A DNA stretch of 64,000 bases, taken from an uncultured Gemmatimonadaceae bacterium (GTDB lineage: Bacteria > Gemmatimonadota > Gemmatimonadetes > Gemmatimonadales > Gemmatimonadaceae). A program made the translations under genes and the position numbers. The DNA is taken from the NCBI GenBank assembly GCA_963740355.1, contig CAVUDW010000003.1:1632001-1696000 (forward strand), given 5' to 3'. Under the pieces are notes generated by a model. That model saw only the letters and a program-made list of their open reading frames with translations, was not told where the DNA came from and did not search any database. This document shows positions 46,388-55,518 of the stretch, one piece after another (positions within the stretch are counted from its first letter, which is position 1; each line of letters opens with the position of its first letter).

Positions 46388-48595
46388 CTATCGGCCGGAC
46401 GCGCCTACTGGGCCGGCGACGGGTGCTGCGGCCTTCGTGCCCTGCAGCCAGTACCCGAACCACTGACGCAGTCGGCCGAGGCGGTCCACCAGCAACCACG
46501 GCTCACCGGCACGCGACAGCTCGTGGGTCGAGCGTGGGTACCGCACGAATTCTGCCGGAATGCCGCGCTTCTTGAGCGACGTGTACCAGATCTCGGCGCT
46601 GCCCATCGCGGTGCGGAAGTCTTCCTCGCTCTGCACCATCAACATCGGCGTCCGCACGTTCTTCACGTAGCGGATCGGCGACAGGCGATCGTACAGCGCC
46701 TGGTTGTCCCACGGCTTGCCGTAGAACTCGTATTCGGTCAGGCCCTGCGCGTCGCTGGCGCCGTACCAGTAGGTCCATTCCGTGATCGTGCGATCGGTCT
46801 GGATGGCCGCGAAGCGATTGGTCTTGGTGGCGATCCAGGTGGTCATGAAGCCACCGTAGCTGCCACCGCTGGCGCCCATCTTGGTGCTGTCGATGTCGGC
46901 ACGCTTGGCCACGATGTCAGTGGCCTTCATCAGGTCTTCGTAGTCTTCCATGCCCCAGCGACCGCGCGTGCTGTACGTGAAGTCGGCACCATAGCCGCTC
47001 GACCCGCGCGGGTTGGTGAAGAGCACGAACATGCCCTGCGCGGCGAGGTTCTGGAATTCATCGAACCAGCCTTCGTTGTACTGCGAGTGCGGGCCGCCGT
47101 GGATGTAGAGCACTACTGGATACTTCTTCGACGGATCGTACCCGTACGGCTTCATCAACCACCCTTCGATCTCCACGTTGCCGACGCTGCGGTACGTGAA
47201 ACGCTCGGCGTCACTCCATGCGACTTCGCTGTTGAGCGCATCGTTGAAGTGCGTCACCTGACGTTCGTTGCCGCCATTGCCGTCCGACACGTAGAGCTCC
47301 GTCGGCTTGGTCATGGAGGTGGAGATGTAGGCCATCACGGTGGCGGCTTCGTTCAGCGACACACTCGTTGCGCGACGACGCCCTCCCACCAGTTCCTTCG
47401 GTGCGCCGCCGTTCATGTCGGCGTCGAGGATCGCAGCGCGACCGCCGATCGACGCCGTGAAACGAATCGCACCGGTGGACAACCAGGTGATGCCATCCGG
47501 TTCATACTGCCAGGTGCCGAGCAGGTTCTTCGGTGCGCCACCGGCCAGGTCGACGACGTAGATGCGAGCGGATTTCGCACGCGCAGGACGGCCGATGAAC
47601 GCCAGCTTCTTGCCATCCTTCGACCATTCCAGGTCGGACTCACTTCCCATCCAGTCGGCGACCTTGCGTGGCGCGCCACCCGCGATCGGCATCACGTAGA
47701 TATCCGACTCGTTCCGCTCCGCTTCATCGCGCACCTTGTCGTAGGGCAGGAACCCAAGCGAATCACGCTCGGCTTCCACCACGCTGTCGGCGCGCAGCTT
47801 CGAGTCCGCAATGAACGCCACCCACTGGCCGTCGGGTGACACGACGGGCGACCGATGCGAGTAGGCATCACGCGTCAGCTGCACCTTGGTCGTGTCGCCA
47901 TACGCCTGCTTCCACAACTGCGTCGGGCGATACGTCTTGGCGCTCTTCCGGCTCGGCACGAAGTTGCGATCGTTCGACTTGAACGGCAGGTCGACGAAGT
48001 GACGGCCATCGAAACGCGCTGGATCGGCCGGCATCGTGATGGCTTCGAACGGCGGACGCGCCAGTGGACCCATGCGCGAGAAGACATCGCGGGTGTTGGC
48101 GCTCGAGTCGACGGGCATCGCGTCGGACCAGACAGCGAACTGCCCGCTCGCCGGCGACGATCCGCTGGACGGCATGGTCGGCATCTGGACCGCTTCACCG
48201 CCCGGCGCATCGGCACGCAGCACCCAGGTGTTGCCCTTGCCGTTCGGTCGCGTGGAGTTGAAGACGAGGTGTGTGCCGTCGGGCGTCCAGCGTGGTGCGC
48301 TGCTTTCGTAGCCGGGCGACGTCCAGCGCTGCGGTGCGCTGCCATCGAGGGCGGCCACCCACACTTCCTGATGGCGCTTGTTCTCCGCCTCGCGCACGGT
48401 CATCACCGTGAAGGCGACGCGCTTGCCATCGGGGCTGACGGCGGGCTGGCTGACGGACGTCACGCGATACCAATCGCGCAGTGTCATGGCGTGCGGGGCG
48501 GCGGACTGCGCCTGCAGCGCACCGGCGATGCCGAAACACGCGAGCAGGGCTCGACGCGCGGCGGGGAGTGTGGCGTGGGACATGGCTCGACTCAA
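46388..48595 (-). CDS. Secreted S9 family (prolyl oligopeptidase/acylaminoacyl) peptidase
   Basis: Signal peptide; PD40/beta-propeller repeats; IHGGPH, GGSYGG, EED.R and H.LSR. Confidence 0.92.
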   Translation of the reverse strand: MSRAMSHATLPAARRALLACFGIAGALQAQSAAPHAMTLRDWYRVTSVSQPAVSPDGKRVAFTVMTVREAENKRHQEVWVAALDGSAPQRWTSPGYESSAPRWTPDGTHLVFNSTRPNGKGNTWVLRADAPGGEAVQMPTMPSSGSSPASGQFAVWSDAMPVDSSANTRDVFSRMGPLARPPFEAITMPADPARFDGRHFVDLPFKSNDRNFVPSRKSAKTYRPTQLWKQAYGDTTKVQLTRDAYSHRSPVVSPDGQWVAFIADSKLRADSVVEAERDSLGFLPYDKVRDEAERNESDIYVMPIAGGAPRKVADWMGSESDLEWSKDGKKLAFIGRPARAKSARIYVVDLAGGAPKNLLGTWQYEPDGITWLSTGAIRFTASIGGRAAILDADMNGGAPKELVGGRRRATSVSLNEAATVMAYISTSMTKPTELYVSDGNGGNERQVTHFNDALNSEVAWSDAERFTYRSVGNVEIEGWLMKPYGYDPSKKYPVVLYIHGGPHSQYNEGWFDEFQNLAAQGMFVLFTNPRGSSGYGADFTYSTRGRWGMEDYEDLMKATDIVAKRADIDSTKMGASGGSYGGFMTTWIATKTNRFAAIQTDRTITEWTYWYGASDAQGLTEYEFYGKPWDNQALYDRLSPIRYVKNVRTPMLMVQSEEDFRTAMGSAEIWYTSLKKRGIPAEFVRYPRSTHELSRAGEPWLLVDRLGRLRQWFGYWLQGTKAAAPVAGPVGASGR

Positions 48596-48661
48596 AAGCG
48601 GGAGGGGTGGTACGGGACCGTGCCGGATTTTACGGCGCGGAGCCGCCGTGCGCTGACCCTC

Positions 48662-48972
48662 CGCGAGCTTTCGCTTTCCGCCACCTCACTTAACCGCACT
48701 ATGAGCGGGAGGCCACGGAGCTCACGGTGTAGCGCCATTCGCGAGCTTTCGCTTTCCGCCACCTCACTTAACCGCAATGTGGGCGGGAGGCCACGGAGCT
48801 CACGGAGTAGCGCCATTCGCGAGCTTTCGCTTTCCGCCACCTCACTTAACCGCAATGTGAGCGGGAGGCCACGGAGCTCACGGAGTAGCGCCATTCGCGA
48901 GCTTTCGCTTGCCGCCACCTCACTTAACCGCAATGTGAGCGGGAGGCCACGGAGCTCACGGAGTAGCTCCAT
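48662..48972. repeat. 78-bp tandem repeat x4
   Basis: Units start at 48662, 48740, 48818 and 48896; each contains GGAGGCCACGGAGCTCACGG(A/T)GTAGC. Confidence 0.95.
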
Positions 48973-49065
48973 ACTCGGAGGGTCGCGTTTCGCAACGAAC
49001 GTGACGGAAGGGAACTGTTTTTACCTCAAAGTCACCAGAGCGACGCGAAGCACCATTGGCGGCCT

Positions 49066-49205
49066 GCCGAGCTACTCCGTGAGCCCCGTGGCCTCCCCCC
49101 CATTGCTGTTCACAAAGGCTGCGAAGAGCGGAAGCTCGCCGATGGAGCTACTCCGTGAGCTCCGTGGCCTCCGCTCCATTGCTGTTAGCTGTTGCGGTAA
49201 GCGAT
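49066..49205. repeat. Two degenerate inverted copies of the 78-bp unit
   Basis: GCTACTCCGTGAGC(C/T)CCGTGGCCTCC...CATTGCTGTT at about 49069 and 49145 is the reverse complement of the unit core. Confidence 0.85.
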
Positions 49206-49215
49206 CGAACTGCGA

Positions 49216-49779
49216 TCAGGCGCGCGCGGATCGTCGTTGACCGATGCGGCTGAAGGCGCCGAACATGATGTAGAACAGGCCAACCGCGAGCAGGGCGAAC
49301 TTGATGATCGCGAAGACCCGTGACAGCATCGGCCAGAGCGCGTTGGTGGTGTCGTGGATGGCGTGCCACATCATGGCGTTTTCGCAGGCGTCGCTGAACG
49401 CGGCGACGAACATCAGCCAGGTGAGGAGTGCACCGAGTCGTGCCAGTGGCGCCGAGCGACGCGCCCACCAGAGTCGCGCGACGGCGCAGCCGAGTGAGAG
49501 GGCGATGCCGTAGGCGATCAGGTAGAGGAAGTCGATCTTGATGTTGAACTGCGCCGCTTGGTGCCCCGTCTCGCCCCACGCGGCGTAGATGCGCTGCGCG
49601 GCGTCGACCGTGCCCGCCAGTTCGAGCGAGACGATGCCGAACGGTGAGGCGGCGGTGCGGAGGACTTCGCCTGTGCTGCCCACCCACGCCGACATCGCGA
49701 ACGCCGCCAGCGAGGCGACACCGAACGCACGGAGGCGTGTGCGTTCGGTGAGGGTGCTCCAGAGGCCGGCGTTGCTCAC
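49216..49779 (-). CDS. Hypothetical membrane protein (about 4 TM)
   Basis: FGIVSLELAG, DFLYL and D..EN motifs with hydrophobic helices; GTGA overlap with the VOC gene. Confidence 0.7.
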   Translation of the reverse strand: MSNAGLWSTLTERTRLRAFGVASLAAFAMSAWVGSTGEVLRTAASPFGIVSLELAGTVDAAQRIYAAWGETGHQAAQFNIKIDFLYLIAYGIALSLGCAVARLWWARRSAPLARLGALLTWLMFVAAFSDACENAMMWHAIHDTTNALWPMLSRVFAIIKFALLAVGLFYIMFGAFSRIGQRRSARA

Positions 49780-50180
49780 GTCGTAGCTGGTGTGCCGGGA
49801 TCGAACAGTGCGACCGAGGCACCGGCCGGGTCCTGGATCACGGCGTAGCGCGCGGTGCCACCGGAGGATCGTGGCTCCATCACTACCGTGCCGCCTGACG
49901 CGCGACAGGCGGCGAGACTGGCATCGAGATCGGCGACGGTGATGTACATCAGCCAGACCGCCGGCAGGCCGGCGTTCTTGCCGCGGGCATGACATACGCC
50001 AGCGACAGCCGTCTGGCTGTTCGGCATCGTCATCACATAGTCGTCGTAGTCGCCCATCGAGAGCGGCACGATCGACCAGCCGGCGACCTGCGCGTAGAAG
50101 TCTTTCAGTCCCGTGGCGTCAGGGACGGTGAGGTCGGCCCAGCCGATGCTGCCGACCGGCGGCGGAGGAGGAGTAGTCAT
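49776..50180 (-). CDS. VOC/glyoxalase family protein
   Basis: GWADLTV.D...DFY....GW, WLMYITVADLD and IQDPAGA. Confidence 0.9.
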   Translation of the reverse strand: MTTPPPPPVGSIGWADLTVPDATGLKDFYAQVAGWSIVPLSMGDYDDYVMTMPNSQTAVAGVCHARGKNAGLPAVWLMYITVADLDASLAACRASGGTVVMEPRSSGGTARYAVIQDPAGASVALFDPGTPATT

Positions 50181-50238
50181 GCCCAAAACTCGCCGTACGG
50201 CCACCGTCGCGACAGCGCGGGCGCCACTGTCGCCTTGC

Positions 50239-50266
50239 TTGATATTCGGTGTTTATTCGGTATCGT
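50239..50266 (+). promoter_or_regulatory. Putative sigma70 promoter overlapped by direct repeat (candidate SOS/LexA box)
   Basis: TTGATA-N16-TATCGT with TATTCGGT-N3-TATTCGGT (50243-50261). Confidence 0.5.
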
Positions 50267-50295
50267 CCCCTGTCCCTCCGACGGATGTGACGACG

Positions 50296-51312
50296 ATGCC
50301 TGCTCCTGCTGCTGCCCTCGATGCCCTGCGCCATGCCCTCGACACCGTGGTCGAGCGGGAGCGGCCGCGTGACGACCCGTCGCTGCCGACCGGGATGGCG
50401 GCGCTGGACGCCTTGCTGGGTGGCGGACTGCCACGGGGGCGCTTGTCGGAGCTGCAGGCCCCACGGGGCCAGGGGCGTACCACGCTGCTGCGCGAGCTCG
50501 TCGCCCATACGCTGGCCACCGGGCGGTGGGTGGCGATCGTGGATGCCCAGCGCACCCTCGCGCCGGCCGACTGGGCGCGCCTCGCCAGCCCGTCGTCCAG
50601 CGGACCGGGCGCGATCGGCACCACGCCCGCGCCGGCCAAGGGGTACGTCGCCCCACCGGAGCTGGAGACCAGTCGGCTGGCCGTGATCCGCCCGGCCGAT
50701 CCCTCGAAGGCTCCGTGGTGTGCCGATGTCCTGCTGCGATCGGGGGCCTATGCGCTGGTGGTCCTGGACGGGGTGCCGGCGCTCCCGCGCAACATCGTGC
50801 TGCGCCTGACCCGCCTCGCGCACGACCGGCAGGTGGTGTTCCTGCTGGCCTGCGACGCTGAATCTGCGACGCCGACCGTGGGTGCCTCGGTGCGCCTGGG
50901 AATCCGGCTCGAATCGAGCGGATTGAAGGAAGTGAACCGACAGTGGCGCGATAAGGACGCGATGAAGCGATCGATGAAGCTGGTCAGGAAAGGCGATGCC
51001 GAGGCCCTTGAGGCCGCGGAAGCACCCGCCGTTCCCGCCGTGCACCTCGCCATCACCGTCGCCAAGGGCGGTCCGCCGTCCACCATGCGCATCCCCTACG
51101 TCATCACCACGCCGCGCCGCCTGGGCGGGCATGCGGAGGTGCCGGATCGGCGCGGAGTCGCCCGCCAGACGGCGGCGCCACCGAAGGCGGCGGGGGCCGG
51201 GATGGTCACGGCCGGCACCGGGCCAGTGGCCAAGACCATCGGGCGAGTGGACCGCAGTCCGCACGCGCGGCGGGCCGGGGAGTCGCGGTATGGGCGGGCG
51301 GGGCGGCGGTAG
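50296..51312 (+). CDS. RecA-like/ImuA-like protein
   Basis: LPTG..ALD.LLGGGLPRGRLSEL...RGQGRTTLL (degenerate Walker A), W.A.VD and LLRSGAYALVVLD. Confidence 0.75.
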   Translation: MPAPAAALDALRHALDTVVERERPRDDPSLPTGMAALDALLGGGLPRGRLSELQAPRGQGRTTLLRELVAHTLATGRWVAIVDAQRTLAPADWARLASPSSSGPGAIGTTPAPAKGYVAPPELETSRLAVIRPADPSKAPWCADVLLRSGAYALVVLDGVPALPRNIVLRLTRLAHDRQVVFLLACDAESATPTVGASVRLGIRLESSGLKEVNRQWRDKDAMKRSMKLVRKGDAEALEAAEAPAVPAVHLAITVAKGGPPSTMRIPYVITTPRRLGGHAEVPDRRGVARQTAAPPKAAGAGMVTAGTGPVAKTIGRVDRSPHARRAGESRYGRAGRR

Positions 51313-51445
51313 TCGGCCGGAAAGCAAAGATCCGATGATGCCTGCAGCAGAACGGCGCGGCCCTCGAAGCGGGCAGCAGCCATTGATGGTGCATGCACAT
51401 CCCTGGCGCCAACCGGGCAGTCGTCGCCCCCGTCGCAATCGACGC

Positions 51446-51473
51446 TTGACGTATGCCAAATCCGACATATCCT
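51446..51473 (+). promoter_or_regulatory. TA operon promoter with palindromic operator
   Basis: TTGACG-N16-TATCCT; imperfect palindrome TATGCC-N6-GACATA between the elements. Confidence 0.55.
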
Positions 51474-51827
51474 AAGCGAGCGAGCTGGGTCGACCGCCCC
51501 CTCGTGTGGCTGCACGGTGTGGTGAAAACACCTCCACTGACAACCGAAGCCAGAACCCAAGCGGGACAGCTCCTGCGTCGGCTGCAACGTGGAGAGAAGT
51601 TGCGATTGCCGCACGCGAGGCCAATGCCGGTGCTCGGGCCCCGTTGTGGCGAGTTGAGGATACCCGACGTCGCCGCCACGTGGCGCATCGTATATCGACT
51701 GGATCCGGATGCGGTGGTGATCGTCGACGTGTTTGCGAAGAAGACTGAGTCCACACCGAAGACTGTGCTCGAGACATGCGCCGCTCGTCTCAAACTCTAC
51801 GACAGGCTCTCCCAGAGCGTGAGGTGA
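51453..51827 (+). CDS. Type II TA toxin, RelE/HigB (Gp49-like) family; start uncertain
   Basis: PLVWLHG.VKTPP, HARPMP..G.RC.ELR, WRIVYR and VFAKKT..TP. Confidence 0.8.
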   Translation: MPNPTYPKRASWVDRPLVWLHGVVKTPPLTTEARTQAGQLLRRLQRGEKLRLPHARPMPVLGPRCGELRIPDVAATWRIVYRLDPDAVVIVDVFAKKTESTPKTVLETCAARLKLYDRLSQSVR

Positions 51828-51828
51828 C

Positions 51829-52161
51829 ATGCGCAAGGCGAAACAGAAAGCACTCGAGTCTCACGGGTGGAAGGTGGGCTCCACCGAGGAATTCCTTGAC
51901 CTGACGCCAGAAGAGGCCGCGTTCGTGGAACTGAAGCTTCGCCTCAGCGACGCGTTGCATGCTCGACGCACCAAATTGCGCCTCTCACAGGAGCGGGTGG
52001 CAGAGCGACTTGGATCCAGCCAATCACGTGTGGCGAAGATGGAGACGGGCGACCCGTCGGTATCGCTGGATCTGTTGGTTCGCGCACTCCTAGGATTGGG
52101 CGCCACACCGAGCGATGTCGCGAAGGCCATGCACGCGCCGAAACGAACTGCAGCGGCATAG
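51829..52161 (+). CDS. XRE-family HTH antitoxin (HigA-like)
   Basis: LSQ..VA.RLGSSQSRVAKME.GDPSVSLD; lies directly after the toxin. Confidence 0.85.
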   Translation: MRKAKQKALESHGWKVGSTEEFLDLTPEEAAFVELKLRLSDALHARRTKLRLSQERVAERLGSSQSRVAKMETGDPSVSLDLLVRALLGLGATPSDVAKAMHAPKRTAAA

Positions 52162-52201
52162 GTGGCTGACCGCACGGCGTCGAGGACCGCACAAAATCGA
52201 A

Positions 52202-52263
52202 TACTACGGGAAAACCAGTTGACAACCGAAAACCCACCTGCCATACTACGGAAGAACCCGTAG
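52202..52263 (+). promoter_or_regulatory. blaI-like promoter with two operator sites
   Basis: TTGACA-N17-CATACT; palindrome CTACGG-N6-CCGTAG (52246-52263) and a degenerate copy at 52204-52221. Confidence 0.65.
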
Positions 52264-52277
52264 CCAAGGTGGCAGCA

Positions 52278-52655
52278 ATGGACGACCCGCTCTACTTCCC
52301 GCCCCGCGAACTGGCCGTCATGAGCATCCTCTGGCGCACCGGCGGCGCCACGGTGGCCGAGGTGAAGGACGCGCTCGAAGAGCCGCTCGCCTACACCAGC
52401 GTGCTCTCCGCACTGCAGACGCTCGAGGAGAAAGGCTACGTCACCCACGAAGCCGAAGGACGCGCCTACCGCTACCGCGCACTGGTCGCGGCAGAAAAGG
52501 CCGGTGACAGCGCCCTCGCCCGCGTCCGTGAATCGATCTTTCAGGGCTCGGCAGAGAAACTCTTCGCGCACTTCGTCGCCGACGAAAACCTCAGCCGCAC
52601 CGAGTTGGAGCGGATGCGCCGCCTGCTCGCCGACCGGCTCGGGGAGGACGCATGA
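52278..52655 (+). CDS. BlaI/MecI/CopY family repressor
   Basis: RELAVMSILW...ATV.EV...LAYTSV...L..LEEKGYV..GRAY.Y. Confidence 0.92.
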   Translation: MDDPLYFPPRELAVMSILWRTGGATVAEVKDALEEPLAYTSVLSALQTLEEKGYVTHEAEGRAYRYRALVAAEKAGDSALARVRESIFQGSAEKLFAHFVADENLSRTELERMRRLLADRLGEDA

Positions 52656-54217
52656 TCGCCTGGTGGATTGCCCAACTCGCGCTCCTCGGCGCCCTGCTGG
52701 CGGTGGCCGCCTATGGCGCCGAAGCCGCGCTCAAGGTCGCTCGACGCCAGACACGGTGGGTGTGGGTCGCTGCGATGGGAATGACGCTGGCGCTGGGTGC
52801 GGTGGCGCCGACTCGCAGCACCAGCAGCACCAGCCCGTCGCGTGACTGGCAGGTCACCACCACCACGAACGGCGGCGCCACGATCGTCTCGACACGCGAC
52901 GGTTTCGCCGCCTCGATGCAGGCGGGCTGGCACGACCTCACAGCCAGGACGTCGGCGCAAGTACAGCGCGCCTGGAGTGTCTGGCACGACGTGATGCCCA
53001 ACGGCACCGAACGCTGGCTGCTGATCGCATGGGCAATCGCGAGTGCCGCATTGCTGATCGCCTTCGTCGCCGTACACCTCCGCTATCAGCGTCGCCGCAC
53101 GCAATGGCCACTCGGCGACGTGCAGGGCACGACCGTTCGCATCGCGAAGGACACCGGCCCGGCCGTCATCGGCGTCACCAGCGCCGAAATCGTGTTGCCG
53201 CAGTGGTTGCTCGGTCGCGATGACCGCGAACAACGCCTGGTGCTCGAGCACGAACTGGAACATGTGCGGCAGCACGATCCGCTGTTGCTGACCATCGCGC
53301 AGGCCGCCGTGATCCTGCTGCCCTGGAATCCCGCGATGTGGTGGATGGCCAGTCGGCTCCGCCTCGCCGTCGAACTCGATTGTGATCGACGCGTGCTGCG
53401 TCGCGGTGCCAGTGCCCGCGACTACGGCACCCTGCTGATCGACCTCACCGATCACCGCACCGGATTCGGTGCTGCGTTACCCGCCTTTTCCTGCTCGCCT
53501 TCAAATCTGGAACGGAGACTGGTTGCCATGACCCCGAAGCGCCTGAAGTACCCGCTGGTGCGTGCCCTTACCACCGGCGCGTTCGCGTCGCTGGCGCTGC
53601 TCGCCGCGTGTGAAGCGAAGCTGCCGACGTCGGATGAAGTGGATGCGATGACGGCGCGCACCGCCGTGAAGGCCGTGTCCGCAACCGGCATGATCGACAC
53701 CGCCAAGGTCACCTACTTCATCAACGATGTCGCCGTCAGCAAGGCCGAAGCAGACAAGGTGGCGGCCGAACGGATCGCGACGGTGAATGTGACCCAGAAA
53801 GGTGCCGAGGGCGGCGGCGAAGTCCGGCTGGTGTTGCGGAACCTGACCGTCCTCGACTCCACGCCACCGACGCGAGTGACGCTCGTTCGCACCGACCCGA
53901 CCCAGGTCACCCTCGCCACGCCGGGCGACACCGTGATGCTCTCGCCGGCATCGGGGACGATGAAGCGCATGTCGACACAGCGTGACACGGCCCTTCTCCG
54001 CCTCAAGCCGTCGGGCGAAAGCAAGCAACGCACCGGTTTCACTGGCCTGATGATCGTCGACGGCGTCATCACCGATCCCGCCATCGCGAACAGCATTGCC
54101 CCCGACCAGATCGTCGCGGTGGACGTGATGAAGGGCGCCTCCGCGACGTCGGCGTACAGCGATCCACGCGCCGTGAATGGCGTGATCAAGATCACGACCA
54201 AGAAGGCGAAGCCGTAA
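52652..54217 (+). CDS. BlaR1/M56 metallopeptidase with C-terminal TonB-receptor-plug-like domain
   Basis: HELEH, WNP..W and E..CD; C-terminus IVDG...I.PDQI..VDVMKGASA...Y...AVNGVIKITTK. Confidence 0.88.
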   Translation: MIAWWIAQLALLGALLAVAAYGAEAALKVARRQTRWVWVAAMGMTLALGAVAPTRSTSSTSPSRDWQVTTTTNGGATIVSTRDGFAASMQAGWHDLTARTSAQVQRAWSVWHDVMPNGTERWLLIAWAIASAALLIAFVAVHLRYQRRRTQWPLGDVQGTTVRIAKDTGPAVIGVTSAEIVLPQWLLGRDDREQRLVLEHELEHVRQHDPLLLTIAQAAVILLPWNPAMWWMASRLRLAVELDCDRRVLRRGASARDYGTLLIDLTDHRTGFGAALPAFSCSPSNLERRLVAMTPKRLKYPLVRALTTGAFASLALLAACEAKLPTSDEVDAMTARTAVKAVSATGMIDTAKVTYFINDVAVSKAEADKVAAERIATVNVTQKGAEGGGEVRLVLRNLTVLDSTPPTRVTLVRTDPTQVTLATPGDTVMLSPASGTMKRMSTQRDTALLRLKPSGESKQRTGFTGLMIVDGVITDPAIANSIAPDQIVAVDVMKGASATSAYSDPRAVNGVIKITTKKAKP

Positions 54218-54405
54218 ACCCACGCGTCGCACTGTTGGGTTGATGATGGGTTGACTAGCGGGTTGATCGATCGCTCGACCGCTGGACCGACTGCCGGAGT
54301 GTTCGCCGTGGGATCTCTCCTCGGCTGAGCACTCCGGCAGTTATCGTTCCAGCGTCAGTGCTTTTCGCTTTTCGTTCCACTTCCGACCGACACGCAGGGA
54401 CTTCC

Positions 54406-55503
54406 GTGACCACCATCCGCGCCGCAGTGATGTCCGCCCCGCACGCGCCGATCGAGCTGCGTGAACTGCCGATGCCAGCACTCGGGCAGGGCGAAGCGAT
54501 GCTGCGCACGCTCTACTCGGAAGTCTGCGGCACCGACGTGCACCTGCACGAAGGACGATTGAGCGGCGTGCCCTACCCGATCATTCCCGGCCACGTCTCG
54601 ATCGGCCATATAGCGCAGCTACGCGGCACGATCACCGACATCGAGGGTGTGCCATTTCGCGAGGGCGATCTGGTCACCTTCCTCGACGTACACGAGACCT
54701 GCGGGCACTGCTACGAGTGCCTGGTCACGAAGCAGACCACGCGTTGCTCACACCGGAAAGTGTACGGTATCACATACGGTACGAAGGACGGCCCGCTCGG
54801 CGGTTGGGCCGAGCAGATCTGGATGAAGTCGGGCGTCAACATGCTGCGTATTCCAGCGGGCGTCGATCCGATTCGTTTCATGGCGGGCGGCTGCGGGCTC
54901 GTTACCGCGCTGCATGCGGTGGAACGCGCTGGCGTCCGGCTCGGGCATTCGGTGGCGGTGCTTGGTGTGGGTCCCGTTGGCCAGGCTGCGATCGCCCTCG
55001 CGCGGTTGAGTGGCGCTCATCCCGTGATCGCGATCGGCGATCCGACGTCACGCCGCGAGTTCGCCACCAGCATGGGCGCCACGGACACGATCGGTCTCGA
55101 CCTGCCCGCCGCCGAACGCGCTGCGCGAGTGCGTGAACTGACCGGCGGTCGTGGCGTGGACATCGTGATCGAAGCGGCCGGCGTTCCGGATGCCGTCACG
55201 CAAGCACTCGACCTCGTGCGCGACGGCGGTCGGGTCGTGGTCGTTGGCCAGTACACTGATGCCGGGACCACCACGCTCAATCCGCATCTGCAGGTCAATC
55301 GCAAACACGCCGAGATGCTGGGCTGCTGGGGCTGCGACTACTCACACTTTCATCGCGCACTGCAGGTGTTGGCCCATCAGGGCAATGCGCTGCCGTGGGA
55401 AGCGGGTATCACGGCACGTTTCTCGCTCGACCAGGCGAACGAAGCGCTGGCCGCAGTGGCGACACGCGCGGTGGTGAAGGCGATCATCACTCCGAACGCC
55501 TGA
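54406..55503 (+). CDS. Zinc-binding alcohol dehydrogenase family protein
   Basis: CGTDVH, PGH, C..C..C.......C and GVGPVG. Confidence 0.9.
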   Translation: MTTIRAAVMSAPHAPIELRELPMPALGQGEAMLRTLYSEVCGTDVHLHEGRLSGVPYPIIPGHVSIGHIAQLRGTITDIEGVPFREGDLVTFLDVHETCGHCYECLVTKQTTRCSHRKVYGITYGTKDGPLGGWAEQIWMKSGVNMLRIPAGVDPIRFMAGGCGLVTALHAVERAGVRLGHSVAVLGVGPVGQAAIALARLSGAHPVIAIGDPTSRREFATSMGATDTIGLDLPAAERAARVRELTGGRGVDIVIEAAGVPDAVTQALDLVRDGGRVVVVGQYTDAGTTTLNPHLQVNRKHAEMLGCWGCDYSHFHRALQVLAHQGNALPWEAGITARFSLDQANEALAAVATRAVVKAIITPNA

Positions 55504-55518
55504 GTATCGCCGCAACAC

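Noticed and set aside
48662..48972. CRISPR array
   Set aside because: The units are nearly identical over all 78 bp, with no unique spacers and no cas genes
47855..49240. Repeat-peptide ORFs (47855..49240 + and 48592..48972 -)
   Set aside because: The frames stay open only because the unit length is a multiple of 3; inverted DNA copies point to a nucleic-acid element
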